In this document: in pieces, positions 39,338 through 49,979 of the stretch | How positions within the stretch are numbered: the first letter of the stretch is position 1 | How the letters are laid out: every line of letters starts with the position of its first letter | NCBI GenBank assembly: GCA_018261615.1 | Contig: JAGTSE010000017.1 | Location: forward strand, 2,239-66,238 | Length of the DNA: 64,000 nucleotides | Direction of reading: 5' to 3' | Source: Pseudomonadota bacterium | GTDB taxonomy: Bacteria > Pseudomonadota > Gammaproteobacteria > Enterobacterales > Enterobacteriaceae | Position numbers and translations under genes: made by a program | Notes under the pieces: generated by a model | Database searches by the model: none | What the model was told of the DNA's origin: nothing | What the model saw: only the letters and a program-made list of their open reading frames with translations

Positions 39338-40525
39338 TTATTGCGCTGGCGCTGTGCCCCATTGCCGTACCTGCATCCCTTTAACCAACATCAGCCATGC
39401 TATGCCAATGGTGATGATCAGGATCACAAACAGCGACCAGGCAGGCAGAGTGGTGAGAATGATCCCGGTCAGCAGCGGGTTCATTGCCGCACCCAGCCAG
39501 CCCAGTGCCTGGGCGGAAAAATAGGTGGCCTTCATCCCCGGCGGCGCGATGTTATCGATCAGCAAATATTCGCCTGGAGCATAAATCACTTCGCCCAGCG
39601 TAAATACTGCGGCGGAGAGGCCCCACAACCATAAATTGTTGCCGGAGAGCATAAAACCTACCAGTCCCACTACGAAACAAAGTGTGCCAAACCCCATTAA
39701 CGGACGCAGGTTAGTGGCGGTCAGTTTGCGCCCGACAGCGTATTGCAACGAAACCACGATAGCGGCGTTGACCGGCAGTACGACGGCCACCACTTTTTCA
39801 GCAAAATCGCTGTCCGCTACGGTCATCACGTACTGTGAAAGGCAGGAGGCGAAAGAGCCACAAACGAAGGAAGCAAGCAGGTTTGACAGGGTAAACCAGC
39901 CGAGCGCTTTGTCTTTCAGCAGGACTGATGGCGACCAGGGAACGGCAGGCTCCATGCCACTGCCCACGGCCACGCGACGGACAAAAAACTGGATAAAGAC
40001 CAGCGGGAATGCCGCGCAGACAGCCGCCAGCCAGAACGGCAGGTTAATGCTTTGCATCACCAGCAGCGTGCCCAGCGGCGGGCCGACGGTCCAGCCGATG
40101 TTAAGAAAGGTGTAGTTAAGCGAAAAGACTTTCGCTTTCGCCGTCGGCGTGAGCGTATCGGCAAAATAGGCTTTCAGCACCGTAGAGAAGACCGAATAAG
40201 CGCAGTTGATCAGGGCGAAAAAGAGTACCACCAGCCCGGCGTGATGTATCAGCGGGATCGCGGCAAAACCAGTGATAAAGGCGACGATCGCCAGCAACAT
40301 ATAGCGTTTTTTGTCGAACTTATCCGCCAGCATGCCGAAACCAAGGCTGAAGACAACACCGATAGTCAGCGCGACGGACATGGCATAACCGACCTGATCG
40401 ACGGCCATGCCGTACTGGCGATTAAGGTAGATAGTCATAAACGGCAGCGTTGCGCCGCGACCAATGGTTAATAGCAGAGAGGACGCCAGTAGTGCGACGG
40501 TGGAGCGTGTTTGTGGTGTGGTCAT
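39338..40525 (-). CDS. ydeE: MFS efflux transporter YdeE
   Basis: STVALLASSLLLTIGRGATLPFMTIYL; 395 aa from ATG 40525. Confidence 0.92.
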   Translation of the reverse strand: MTTPQTRSTVALLASSLLLTIGRGATLPFMTIYLNRQYGMAVDQVGYAMSVALTIGVVFSLGFGMLADKFDKKRYMLLAIVAFITGFAAIPLIHHAGLVVLFFALINCAYSVFSTVLKAYFADTLTPTAKAKVFSLNYTFLNIGWTVGPPLGTLLVMQSINLPFWLAAVCAAFPLVFIQFFVRRVAVGSGMEPAVPWSPSVLLKDKALGWFTLSNLLASFVCGSFASCLSQYVMTVADSDFAEKVVAVVLPVNAAIVVSLQYAVGRKLTATNLRPLMGFGTLCFVVGLVGFMLSGNNLWLWGLSAAVFTLGEVIYAPGEYLLIDNIAPPGMKATYFSAQALGWLGAAMNPLLTGIILTTLPAWSLFVILIITIGIAWLMLVKGMQVRQWGTAPAQ

Positions 40526-40717
40526 GTTTTGCCCGACATGCTGGTTGTTATAGTTTTTTGTGATGTATACAGCAATAACATGCATAAACCGCTATGTACA
40601 ACGGTTGATGTGGCGACAAATGCCAAAACTGACCTACCGAATTTAATGATCTGTCGCTGTACTATTTTTTGCGTTAACGTAAATTTTTTACAAAAGTTGA
40701 AACTACAGGGGCGGAGA

Positions 40718-41614
40718 ATGACGCGTAAAGATGTACTGCTGGCAATGCTGGTGGTTGTAGCGTGGGGGCTGAATTTTGTGGTGATCAAAGTTGGTCTGCA
40801 CAGTATGCCGCCGTTGATGTTGGCAGGTTTACGCTTTGTGTTCGTGGCATTCCCGGCAATTTTGTTCGTCGCGCGGCCCAACATTCCGCTGCGTCTGTTG
40901 CTGGGTTACGGGCTGACGATCAGTTTCGGTCAGTTCGCCTTTCTGTTTTGCGCGATCAAATTCGGTATGCCTGCCGGGCTGGCATCGCTGGTATTACAGG
41001 CGCAGGCCTTTTTCACCATGATTCTCGGCGCAGGTGTATTCGGCGAGCGGCTGCACTCAAAACAGCTGGTCGGCATTTCGCTGGCGGTGCTAGGTGTGCT
41101 GGTGTTGATCGAATCGAGTCTTAGTGGTCAGCACATTCCTCTGGTGGGTTTTGTGCTGACGCTGATGGCCGCGTTCAGTTGGGCCTGTGGCAATATCTTC
41201 AATAAAAAAATCATGCAGCACAGTTCGCGACCGGCAGTGATGTCGCTGGTCGTGTGGAGCGCCTTAATTCCGATTGTGCCGTTTATGATTGCTTCGCTGG
41301 TACTAGACGGCCCGGCGCTGATGCTGCGAAGCCTGGTGAGTATTGATATCACCACGCTACTGTCGCTGGTCTATCTGGCGTTTGTCGCGACCATCATCGG
41401 CTACGGCATCTGGGGTTCGCTGCTGGGGCGTTATGAAACCTGGCGCGTCGCGCCGCTGTCGCTGCTGGTGCCGGTCGTCGGCATGGCAAGCGCGGCGATT
41501 CTGTTGGACGAAACTTTATCTGCGCTGCAACTGGCAGGTGCGGTGCTGGTGATGGGCGGCCTGTATATCAATGTTTTTGGTTTTCGTCTGCGCCGTGCAG
41601 TGCAGGCCGGATAA
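40718..41614 (+). CDS. eamA: Cysteine/O-acetylserine exporter EamA
   Basis: MTRKDVLLAMLVVVAWGLNFVVIKVGL; DMT duplication. Confidence 0.94.
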   Translation: MTRKDVLLAMLVVVAWGLNFVVIKVGLHSMPPLMLAGLRFVFVAFPAILFVARPNIPLRLLLGYGLTISFGQFAFLFCAIKFGMPAGLASLVLQAQAFFTMILGAGVFGERLHSKQLVGISLAVLGVLVLIESSLSGQHIPLVGFVLTLMAAFSWACGNIFNKKIMQHSSRPAVMSLVVWSALIPIVPFMIASLVLDGPALMLRSLVSIDITTLLSLVYLAFVATIIGYGIWGSLLGRYETWRVAPLSLLVPVVGMASAAILLDETLSALQLAGAVLVMGGLYINVFGFRLRRAVQAG

Positions 41615-41657
41615 CAAACTGCGGTTTGTCGGGAAAAGCGCTAATCAGGTAGGAAAT

Positions 41658-41683
41658 AAAAAAAGCCCCACAATGTGCGGGGC
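41658..41683 (-). terminator. marRAB terminator
   Basis: Minus strand GCCCCGCACATTGTGGGGC plus U7. Confidence 0.7.
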
Positions 41684-41690
41684 AAAACGA

Positions 41691-41906
41691 TTAGCCGTGC
41701 TGATTGTAATAGGGCACGCCTAATGCGTCGGATTTGTCACTGCCCACACCCATATGGTTAAAATCATACGGCGATGTTTGTTGGGGAGCGGGTAAAATCA
41801 TCGCGTCGCGGGGATCCTGCGACGCCGGATGATTGAATTGTTCCGCATAACTCTGGCCGGAAAACAGAACCATCAGCGTGATGGCGGCACAGGCAATACG
41901 TTTCAT
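41691..41906 (-). CDS. marB: MarB periplasmic protein
   Basis: Signal peptide; PYDFNHMGVGSDKSDALGVPYYN. Confidence 0.9.
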   Translation of the reverse strand: MKRIACAAITLMVLFSGQSYAEQFNHPASQDPRDAMILPAPQQTSPYDFNHMGVGSDKSDALGVPYYNQHG

Positions 41907-41940
41907 ACATTCCTCGATACGTCTTTAAAACAGGCGATAA

Positions 41941-42327
41941 TTAACAAGCTTGGTTTAGCGGGTAGAGATACCTTGATTCAGCAGGCATATCTGTCACGCG
42001 GAATTTATGCGGCGGCACGTCAAAATAGTTTTTGAACGTGCGGGTCAGGGTTTGTTGTGATTCAAACCCATAACGTTCCGCCAGATACAGGATCGGTTCG
42101 TTGCTCTCCTTGAGCTTTTGCGCAATTTCCGTCAGCTTGCGGCTGCGAATGTATTGGCCCAGCGAATGACCGGTCTCTTTTTTAAACATCCGTTGCAGGT
42201 GCCACTTGGAGTAACCTGAACGTTCTGACACTTTTTCCAGTGACAGCGGCGATTCCAGGTTATCCTCGATCCAGTCCAAAATGCTGTGAATGGTGATAGC
42301 GTCAGTATTGCGTCTGGACATCGTCAT
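41941..42327 (-). CDS. marA: Transcriptional activator MarA
   Basis: [47 protein letters not shown]. Confidence 0.97.
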   Translation of the reverse strand: MTMSRRNTDAITIHSILDWIEDNLESPLSLEKVSERSGYSKWHLQRMFKKETGHSLGQYIRSRKLTEIAQKLKESNEPILYLAERYGFESQQTLTRTFKNYFDVPPHKFRVTDMPAESRYLYPLNQAC

Positions 42328-42340
42328 ACCTCTTTGTTTT

Positions 42341-42775
42341 TTACGGCAATATCTTCCTGAGCAAATACTCAAGGGTTGCCACTTCTTCTGCCGTTAAGTT
42401 TTTTGTTAATTCCTGGTGCAGACCTTTCCCTACTAATTGATGACATTGCTCACAAAGCGCCGCGCCGTCGGGCGTTAATTGCACCAACACGCCGCGTTTG
42501 TCATTCGGATTCGGGTTACGTACGATCCAGCCTTTGCATACCAGTCTGTCCAGCATGCGGGTCAGGGCGCCGAGATCGACGGAGAGAATTTTTTTTAGCT
42601 CTACCGGAGTGATACAGGTCTGGCAGCGGATAGAACACAGCACCTTAAACTGGGTGGCGGTGATATCCAGCGGCGACAAATAGTCGTTGAGTAAACGATC
42701 TTTTTTCTGGTTAACCATATGGATTAAGCGGCCTAAAGGAATGATATCGTTAAACAGATCATTCGTGCTTTTCAC
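42341..42775 (-). CDS. marR: Repressor MarR
   Basis: GTG start, 144 aa; [20 protein letters not shown]. Confidence 0.97.
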   Translation of the reverse strand: MKSTNDLFNDIIPLGRLIHMVNQKKDRLLNDYLSPLDITATQFKVLCSIRCQTCITPVELKKILSVDLGALTRMLDRLVCKGWIVRNPNPNDKRGVLVQLTPDGAALCEQCHQLVGKGLHQELTKNLTAEEVATLEYLLRKILP

Positions 42776-42780
42776 AATGG

Positions 42781-42874
42781 TTGCCCCGGCAAGTAGATTA
42801 ATCACGGCAGATATTATTGCTCAGGCAAATATAAGTCAACATAATGGATTCCCGGATGCCACTATTTGCTAAAA
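42781..42874 (-). promoter_or_regulatory. marO: two MarR sites, -35 and marbox
   Basis: TTGCCCCGGCAA (42781-92), TTGCTCAGGCAA (42817-28), -35 TTGACT (42834-39, minus), marbox TTTTAGCAAATAGTGGCATC (42855-74, minus). Confidence 0.85.
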
Positions 42875-43019
42875 CGTTTCATATCGGTAAAATTTTACAC
42901 CACGTAACCAACTGAATCGGTTAGCGTTAAGGTGCTGTTGCCAACCCACAGATATCCCATTGCCGCTGTGTTAGCGCTATACTGCCTGAGCTTTGACCAC
43001 ACAAGGAGTGTCGCGCATC

Positions 43020-43694
43020 ATGCTTGAATTGTTTAAAGCTATCGGTCTGGGGCTGGTGGTGTTACTGCCGCTGGCGAACCCGTTAACCACCGTCGCGCTC
43101 TTTTTAGGGCTGGCGGGCAATATGAACAGCGCCCAGCGTAATCAACAAGCGCTGATGGCGTCTGTGTATGTCTTCATCATTATGATGGTGGCGTATTATG
43201 CCGGGCAGTTGGTGATGAACACTTTCGGCATCTCGATCCCGGGTTTGCGGATTGCCGGTGGATTGATTGTCGCCTTTATTGGTTTTCGCATGCTGTTCCC
43301 GCAGCAAAAATCACACGAATCGCCGGAAGCAGAAACCAAATCTGAAGAGCTGGAGGATGAGCCCGGCACGAATATTGCCTTCGTACCGCTGGCGATGCCC
43401 AGTACCGCCGGGCCGGGAACTATCGCCATGATCATCAGTTCGGCGTCCACGATCCGCCACAGCTCGACGTTTCCCGACTGGGTGATTTTGCTTGCGCCGC
43501 CACTCATCTTTGCCACCGTGTCAGTGATTTTATGGGGCAGTCTGCGCGGTTCCGGCGCGATCATGCGGCTGGTCGGCAAGGGCGGAATAGAAGCGATCTC
43601 TCGGTTGATGGGCTTTTTGCTGGTCTGCATGGGCGTGCAATTTATCATCAACGGCGTGCTGGAAATTATTACCACTTTCCACGGAGCCGCCTGA
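43020..43694 (+). CDS. marC: MarC-family inner membrane protein
   Basis: [32 protein letters not shown]. Confidence 0.94.
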   Translation: MLELFKAIGLGLVVLLPLANPLTTVALFLGLAGNMNSAQRNQQALMASVYVFIIMMVAYYAGQLVMNTFGISIPGLRIAGGLIVAFIGFRMLFPQQKSHESPEAETKSEELEDEPGTNIAFVPLAMPSTAGPGTIAMIISSASTIRHSSTFPDWVILLAPPLIFATVSVILWGSLRGSGAIMRLVGKGGIEAISRLMGFLLVCMGVQFIINGVLEIITTFHGAA

Positions 43695-43882
43695 TGGGCT
43701 GAGGGTTTGCGCTGAAGATTATGATGTTGATGCTGGCTGATTGTCAGCATCAACATCGCTGTGCTCCCGCGAGCCGCTTACCTGGCTAACGAATGCGGTT
43801 AATCCCTGCACTGCAAGATGCACCATTCCTGTAGGCCGGATACAGTGGCAAAGCGTGCCTGACGGTTCTGCGCTTCCCGGGT

Positions 43883-45082
43883 CTATTGGCTGTGGCTTAC
43901 CTGTTCTTCCAGTTTTACCGGCCAGCGGCGGAAAATCACCACTGCCCACACCAGCGCGGCAATTGCCGGGATCGCACCCGCATAGCCGATGATATCCATC
44001 GACCAGTGCAGGCTGATCTGGTTGCCTACCAACGCACCGGCGCCAATACCGATATTAAAAATGCCGGAAAACAGCGACATCGCCACGTCGGTGGCATCAG
44101 GTGCCAGCGCCAGGACTTTCACCTGCATGCCGAGGCCGATAATCATAATTGCGATTCCCCAGAAAACACTCAGCACCGCCAGATATGTCTCGCTGCTGGA
44201 AGCGGGCAGCATTAACACCAGCGATAGCACCAGCAGGCCAATTGCGCTACACACCAGACCGGACGCGTGCTGATTGCCCAGCTTGCCGAACAAGATACTG
44301 CCGAGAATGCCCGCACCGCCCAGGATCAGCAGCAACACGGTGGCGAAACCGGCGCTAAAGCCTGCCACATTCTGTACGAAAGGCTCAATGTAGCTGTACG
44401 CAGTGTAATGGGCGGTCACCACCACCACGGTCAGCAGGTAAATAGACATCAGTGCCGGACGACGGAACAGCAGCGGTAGACTTTTCAGCGAGCCGGAGTG
44501 TTCGCTCGGCAGGGACGGCAGCAGTTTTACCAGACAAACCAGCGTGATGAGCGCGCCGAGACCGATGGCAAAGAAGGTGGTGCGCCAGCCAAAAAATTGC
44601 CCGACAATGCGGCCAATCGGCAGACCCAGTACCATCGCCAGCGCAGTACCTGTGGCGATCAGGCTCAACGCCTGCGCACGTTTACCGGCGGGCGCCAGGC
44701 GGATTGCCAGCGAGGCGGTGATCGACCAGAAAATCGCATGGGCGAAAGCAATACCGACGCGGCTTATCACCAGCACCTTAAAGTTCCACGCCAGAAACGA
44801 CAGTACGTGGCTGGCAATAAACAATACAAACAAACCAATTAATAGCTTACGCCGCTCGATCTGGCTGGTCAGCAGCATAAAGGGCAGCGACATCAGCGCC
44901 ACAACCCAGGCGTAGATGGTCAGCATAATCCCCACCTGCGCAGTCTCCATGCCGAAACTCTGGGCGATATCCGACAGTAACCCCACAGGCACGAACTCGG
45001 TGGTATTAAAAATGAAAGCAGCGACAGCAAGCGTAACGACCCGAAGCCACGCGACTTTTCGTGAAACCGTACTCGTAGTCAT
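43883..45082 (-). CDS. ydeA: MFS sugar efflux transporter YdeA/SotB
   Basis: [36 protein letters not shown]. Confidence 0.93.
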   Translation of the reverse strand: MTTSTVSRKVAWLRVVTLAVAAFIFNTTEFVPVGLLSDIAQSFGMETAQVGIMLTIYAWVVALMSLPFMLLTSQIERRKLLIGLFVLFIASHVLSFLAWNFKVLVISRVGIAFAHAIFWSITASLAIRLAPAGKRAQALSLIATGTALAMVLGLPIGRIVGQFFGWRTTFFAIGLGALITLVCLVKLLPSLPSEHSGSLKSLPLLFRRPALMSIYLLTVVVVTAHYTAYSYIEPFVQNVAGFSAGFATVLLLILGGAGILGSILFGKLGNQHASGLVCSAIGLLVLSLVLMLPASSSETYLAVLSVFWGIAIMIIGLGMQVKVLALAPDATDVAMSLFSGIFNIGIGAGALVGNQISLHWSMDIIGYAGAIPAIAALVWAVVIFRRWPVKLEEQVSHSQ

Positions 45083-45158
45083 AAAGTGTTCTGGCTCGGT
45101 TAGAAAAAAGAAGAAGGGGACGATCTTAAAGCTATCATTGGTGAAAATACAAACATTT

Positions 45159-45174
45159 TGTGATGTAGATCTCA
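45159..45174. promoter_or_regulatory. CRP-like site between ydeA and the PhzF gene
   Basis: TGTGA-TGTAGA-TCTCA. Confidence 0.5.
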
Positions 45175-45255
45175 TTTCTAATTCGGCAAATAAATACCGA
45201 TTGCATCGGTTGACAATAGCGTTCAGAAACAGAGAACGATAAAGAGGAAACGGCT

Positions 45256-46047
45256 ATGCAAACAATTGACTTTTATATGGTGGACGCGTTTAGCGACCAA
45301 ACTTTTGGCGGCAATGCCGCTGCCGTATGTCCGCTTACCGAATGGCTACCTGACGATCTGCTGCTGAAAATGGCGCAGCAGCATAATCAATCCGAGACAG
45401 TGTTTTTTGTCCGCAATGACACCGGATTTGAGCTGCGCTGGTTTACCACGCAGGCGGAAATTAACCTTTGTGGACATGCCACACTTGCCGCCGCGCACGT
45501 GATTTTTGAGTATCTGAATTACCCGGCTACGGAAATTCTCTTTGCTACCCGTTTTGTCGGTCCGCTGACAGTAACGCGTAACGGTGACTGGCTAACGCTT
45601 GATTTTCCGGCCTGGGCGACGCAAGAAATAAGCACGCCGCCGGAACTGTTGTTGCAAACGCTGGGCATCAGCACGGCGAAAGAAGTGCGTGCGGCGCGGG
45701 ATTATCTGGTAGTGCTGGAAAACCAGGCGCAGGTGGAAGCTTTGCGGCCGGATATTGCCGCCATGAAGCCGCTGGAAAAAATGGTCTGCGTGACCGCGCC
45801 TGGGGATGATTACGATTTTGTCAGCCGTTTTTTCTGTCCGGGCGAATCGGTGGCGGAAGATCCAGTGACCGGCTCGGCACACAGCATGTTGATCCCGTAC
45901 TGGGGGGATAAGCTGAATAAAACGGTGATGCTGGCGCGGCAGGTCTCTGCACGCGGCGGCGATTTACGTTGTGAATGGCGCGGCGACCGCGTGCTCATCG
46001 GTGGTCAGGCGACGCTCTATCTGTTAGGGAAAATCTTTCTGCGCTAG
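45256..46047 (+). CDS. PhzF/PhzC-family isomerase
   Basis: VDAF..GGNAAAV, QSET, LCGHATLA, EDPVTGSAH. Confidence 0.9.
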   Translation: MQTIDFYMVDAFSDQTFGGNAAAVCPLTEWLPDDLLLKMAQQHNQSETVFFVRNDTGFELRWFTTQAEINLCGHATLAAAHVIFEYLNYPATEILFATRFVGPLTVTRNGDWLTLDFPAWATQEISTPPELLLQTLGISTAKEVRAARDYLVVLENQAQVEALRPDIAAMKPLEKMVCVTAPGDDYDFVSRFFCPGESVAEDPVTGSAHSMLIPYWGDKLNKTVMLARQVSARGGDLRCEWRGDRVLIGGQATLYLLGKIFLR

Positions 46048-46164
46048 TCTCATCGCCGCAGTAGCTTCGTCTTATACGGCCAGGGCGATTGTGCCCTGGT
46101 TGAAGCAATAATATTCACGGCATTCTCTGTTCTGGTAAGCACAGCGCCATCCGGCATTTCATCG

Positions 46165-46842
46165 TTATGTTAATGATGCGCCGCCGCAGATCACCAGTTC
46201 CTGGCCGGTAATAGCTGCGGCATCCGGCGAGAGCAGAAACCCCACCAGCGCAGCGACTTCCCGCGGCACGATCAGCCGACCAATCGGCGGTACATTTGGC
46301 GGCGAGCTTTCCCGTCCTGGCGCACTGAGCATCGGCGTTTGCGTGGCCCCTGGCGAGACCACATTGGCGGTGATCCCGCGCGGAGCCAGCTCTGCCGCCC
46401 AACTTCTTACCATCCCGACCAGCGCCGCTTTGGTAGCAACATATTGCGAACGCCCGGCGGCACCGCGCGAGGTACGGCTACCAATCACCACAATCCGTCC
46501 TCCTGGTTGTAGCTGCGGCGCAAAGTGGTTAACCAGCGTTTCGGTGGCCTGCACATGCAGCCGCCACAGGCGCTGGCTGATTGTCGCGTCCAGTTCGCCA
46601 AGTGGCGCGGCAGCCATCACTCCGGCGGCATGGATCACCGCCTGCGGCGTTTCCACCCCGGTGAGCACCTGGCGCAACGCCAGATCATCGCTTAAATCTA
46701 CTTGCAGGCTGCGAAACGCAGAAGGAGTCCGCTCAACCTGCGAGCGTGAAAGCCCGGTGACCTGCCAACCCTGCGCCAGTAAGTTGTCGACAATGGCTTC
46801 GCCAATTCCGGAACTGGCGCCAGTAACCACGGCATGCGGCAT
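46165..46842 (-). CDS. SDR-family oxidoreductase
   Basis: VTGASSGIG, YVATK (YxxxK), NVVSPG. Confidence 0.9.
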   Translation of the reverse strand: MPHAVVTGASSGIGEAIVDNLLAQGWQVTGLSRSQVERTPSAFRSLQVDLSDDLALRQVLTGVETPQAVIHAAGVMAAAPLGELDATISQRLWRLHVQATETLVNHFAPQLQPGGRIVVIGSRTSRGAAGRSQYVATKAALVGMVRSWAAELAPRGITANVVSPGATQTPMLSAPGRESSPPNVPPIGRLIVPREVAALVGFLLSPDAAAITGQELVICGGASLT

Positions 46843-46846
46843 GATA

Positions 46847-47317
46847 TTAACCCTCCAGCAGCGCGCGCGGCACTTTGAATACCGCTTTACGCACGATCAT
46901 CGGTTCATTCACCGCGCACAGCGCCTGATGCGGCTCGCCGGGAAGAAACACGGCGAAATCCCCGGCGCGCAGCGTCACGCTCACCGGCAATGTGGCGGTG
47001 GTGGTGATATACAAATCCGGCTTGCGCTGTTCATCACTCTCCTGTGCCAGATACAGTGCTCCGGCATTAATCCTCTCCTCGCCGTCCAGCACCACCTGAA
47101 TATCTGCCCATAACTGGTGATATTCGGTGTGGCGCTGCGCCTGCGGTTGGGTATTCGCCAGGCCGATATTGCAAAACCACTCAGCCTGTTCTGGCTGCAA
47201 ACGCCCGTCGTCGTGTGCCTGAAGCGCTGCCAGCGAACACTGTGGCAGTGCCAGGATATTGCGCAGCGCAGTGGGAAGCCCTGCCTGCGGCAGGGCGTTC
47301 AGATTACCTAAAATCAT
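46847..47317 (-). CDS. YhcH/YjgK/YiaL (NanQ-like, DUF386) protein
   Basis: MILGNL, TEYHQLWADIQ, GDFAVFLPGEPH. Confidence 0.88.
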   Translation of the reverse strand: MILGNLNALPQAGLPTALRNILALPQCSLAALQAHDDGRLQPEQAEWFCNIGLANTQPQAQRHTEYHQLWADIQVVLDGEERINAGALYLAQESDEQRKPDLYITTTATLPVSVTLRAGDFAVFLPGEPHQALCAVNEPMIVRKAVFKVPRALLEG

Positions 47318-47320
47318 CCG

Positions 47321-48490
47321 CTACTCCTTCACCCACGCCGGAGAAACGCGCACATATTTGATGGCCTGACGGAACCAGGTATAAGCAATGTGCAGATCGC
47401 CATCAGCGCCCTGTTTGATGCTGGGGTAAGAGAACTCGCGGTTGAGTTTTTCCTGCGAGTTGTTGGTCATGCAGTAGCCATCGCCTTCATCCAGATTGCG
47501 CTGCCACGGCCAGCTTTTACCGCCATCCGGCGAGATAGCCACGGTCATTGGCGCGCGCGGTGCCCCCCAGAAGGCGCTGCGCTCGCTGGTGACCGTCGGT
47601 TCTTTACGTCCGTCGCCATCGTCGATCTCATCATAAAGCGAGGCGCGGCGTTCAGTAGCCCCGGCGGCGCTCATGTGGTTAAACACTAGCGCCAGCGCGC
47701 CATCGGTCAGCGTGGTTACCTGAATCGACGAGTTGTTGTTCGGCAATACTGTCGGTTCAGGTACCGACCAGCTTTCACCGCCATCCGTGGAGTGGCTGTA
47801 ATAAATATTGTCCGCCCAGCGACTGCGGAACAGTGCCACCAGCGTACAGCCGGGCAGGGCTGTGATATTCATATGTACGCAGCCAAGGCTTTGTGGTACT
47901 TCCACATCGCGCCAGCTTTTACCCTGATCGGCGGAGATTTTTACCGCGCTGATATCGTCATTGCCGACCCATTTTTCACCCGGCTGAGTGCGGCAATAGA
48001 ACACCGGCAGCAGCCAGTTTCCATTCGCCAGTACGGTAATCGGCTGGCGAATAAAGGTGCCGGGTTTGTCCAGCAGCGTGCCGATTTCCCCCCAGCTTGC
48101 ACCAAAGTCAATCGACTGGCGATAGCGCACAATGGCGGTGTCCTGATTGCCGGAGATCTGGGCCGTCCATAGCAGCCACAGCGTTTTATCCGGTGCGAGG
48201 AACAGCACCGGGTTCTGCTCGGAGCGCGTTGGATCGTCCGAGAGTTTCACCGCTTCGCTCCAGCGCTGCGTGCCCGGCGCAAGGCGCGAACCGTAGACAG
48301 AAATATCCGCGACGCCTTCTTGTGAGCCACCGAACCAGACGCAGAGTAGCGTGCCATCCGGCAGTGGCAGAATATTTGCCGCATGATTTTGCGGGCAGGG
48401 TGACGGCAACATCGCTGTGATAATACGCGCGTCGTGCGGTTGCGGGCGTAAAACACCATCGCGATTAGTAGCGGGCATATCAGACTCCAT
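47321..48490 (-). CDS. BNR-repeat (sialidase-like) beta-propeller hydrolase, no signal peptide
   Basis: Four Asp-boxes SIDFGASW, SADQGKSW, STDGGESW, SPDGGKSW; C-terminal FSYPS. Confidence 0.85.
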   Translation of the reverse strand: MESDMPATNRDGVLRPQPHDARIITAMLPSPCPQNHAANILPLPDGTLLCVWFGGSQEGVADISVYGSRLAPGTQRWSEAVKLSDDPTRSEQNPVLFLAPDKTLWLLWTAQISGNQDTAIVRYRQSIDFGASWGEIGTLLDKPGTFIRQPITVLANGNWLLPVFYCRTQPGEKWVGNDDISAVKISADQGKSWRDVEVPQSLGCVHMNITALPGCTLVALFRSRWADNIYYSHSTDGGESWSVPEPTVLPNNNSSIQVTTLTDGALALVFNHMSAAGATERRASLYDEIDDGDGRKEPTVTSERSAFWGAPRAPMTVAISPDGGKSWPWQRNLDEGDGYCMTNNSQEKLNREFSYPSIKQGADGDLHIAYTWFRQAIKYVRVSPAWVKE

Positions 48491-49904
48491 TGTGTTGAAC
48501 AGGTTGAGACGCGTGAGAACTGGCTTTGTGCTGTGCTCTGTTGGGGATCAGGCGGTCCAGCGCCATGATCACCGCCGGGGTAATCAGCGCGATATACATA
48601 TTATTGATGCCAAACGGATCGCCGAGCAGATACCAGACAGAGGTCACCACGCAGGCGCCAATCAGTCCGGCGTTCGCGCCACGGGTGCTCTTAAAGAACG
48701 GCGCATAGAAAGCAATAATGGCGACCACGGAAATCGACAGGCGAATAGCGCGGGTGAAGAAAGAGAGCTTCAACACTTCCGGGACAAACAACACAAAAAT
48801 CAGTGGCAGGAAACCAATCAGTAGCGACAGCCAGCGCGTGGCTTTAAATTCCTGTTCCGGCGTTGGATTGCGGTAGGGGACGTAAAAATCTTTCACTACC
48901 AGCGAGGCGATAGCCAGCGCAACGGTACTGACGCTGACAAAGATAGATGCAACAAGTGACGTTGTCACTAAACCGGCAACCCACGGATTCATATCCTGTA
49001 GGAAAATCGGCATTGCATACAGACTGTTGATTCCTGGATGCAGGTATTTCGCTGCCACGCCAATCACCGCAATTGCCAGCGCAATCGGTAGGCAGAAGAA
49101 GAATGCCACCCAAGTGGAACGCTTCGCCGATTTCACATCTTTAGTCGAGCAAATCGCCTGAATCACAAACTGGGTACAAAAGATGGAACCGATGGTGCCA
49201 ATCAGCCAGGCAAAGATAGTGCTGGCACCGAAGTTACCGTCCCAGGTCCAGTAGTATTTTGGCATGTTTTCGATCATCGGCGTGAAACCGCCGGTTTTCG
49301 ACAGGGCAAAGCCCATGATCGCCAGAATACCGAAATATTTCAGCGCGCTGTGCAGCAGCGTCACCCACGCCACGCCTTTCATGCCGCCGAACGCGAAGTA
49401 AAACGTACTGACAATGGCAGTGATAAACGCCGCCACCGGCAGATTCACTTTCAACACCGTCGAAATTGCCGCTGCGCCGCTAACGTAGTTGCCGACGTTC
49501 ACCAGCAGCAGGGCGTAGATCATGATGATGGAGATAATGTTTTTCGTGCTGTTGCCGTACTTCTCGGCAATCGCGCCGGAGATGGTGATCTTGCCGGTGT
49601 TATAGATGCGTTTTACCAGCAGAAAGCCAAACAGCGGGAAGCCGATCGCCGCGCCGATCACCGACCAGGAGGCGGCAAAGCCATCCTCAAACGCCGCCTG
49701 CGCGGTGCCGACCGTAGATTTTGCGCCGATGTATTCAGACATCAACAGGATGCCGACGATAAAGGCAGGCATCGCACGCGAGCCTTCCATAAAATCGCCG
49801 GTGTTCTTACTGCGTAAACGGAATGTCAGCCAGGTGGTAAACAGAATGTAGGCCACCACAATGCCGACGATGATAAGGGTATCTTGAGATGTAAAGGTGT
49901 TCAT
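48480..49904 (-). CDS. Sodium:solute symporter (SSS) family transporter
   Basis: 474 aa multi-TM; DFMEGSR, SEYIGAKSTVG, YFAFGGMKGVAW. Confidence 0.88.
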   Translation of the reverse strand: MNTFTSQDTLIIVGIVVAYILFTTWLTFRLRSKNTGDFMEGSRAMPAFIVGILLMSEYIGAKSTVGTAQAAFEDGFAASWSVIGAAIGFPLFGFLLVKRIYNTGKITISGAIAEKYGNSTKNIISIIMIYALLLVNVGNYVSGAAAISTVLKVNLPVAAFITAIVSTFYFAFGGMKGVAWVTLLHSALKYFGILAIMGFALSKTGGFTPMIENMPKYYWTWDGNFGASTIFAWLIGTIGSIFCTQFVIQAICSTKDVKSAKRSTWVAFFFCLPIALAIAVIGVAAKYLHPGINSLYAMPIFLQDMNPWVAGLVTTSLVASIFVSVSTVALAIASLVVKDFYVPYRNPTPEQEFKATRWLSLLIGFLPLIFVLFVPEVLKLSFFTRAIRLSISVVAIIAFYAPFFKSTRGANAGLIGACVVTSVWYLLGDPFGINNMYIALITPAVIMALDRLIPNRAQHKASSHASQPVQHNGV

Positions 49905-49979
49905 CTTTGCCTCTCTTCAGGGCGAGTGAATCCGGGGCGCCTGTAGCGCCCGGTTTTCTTATGACGAATGACTCCGCAA

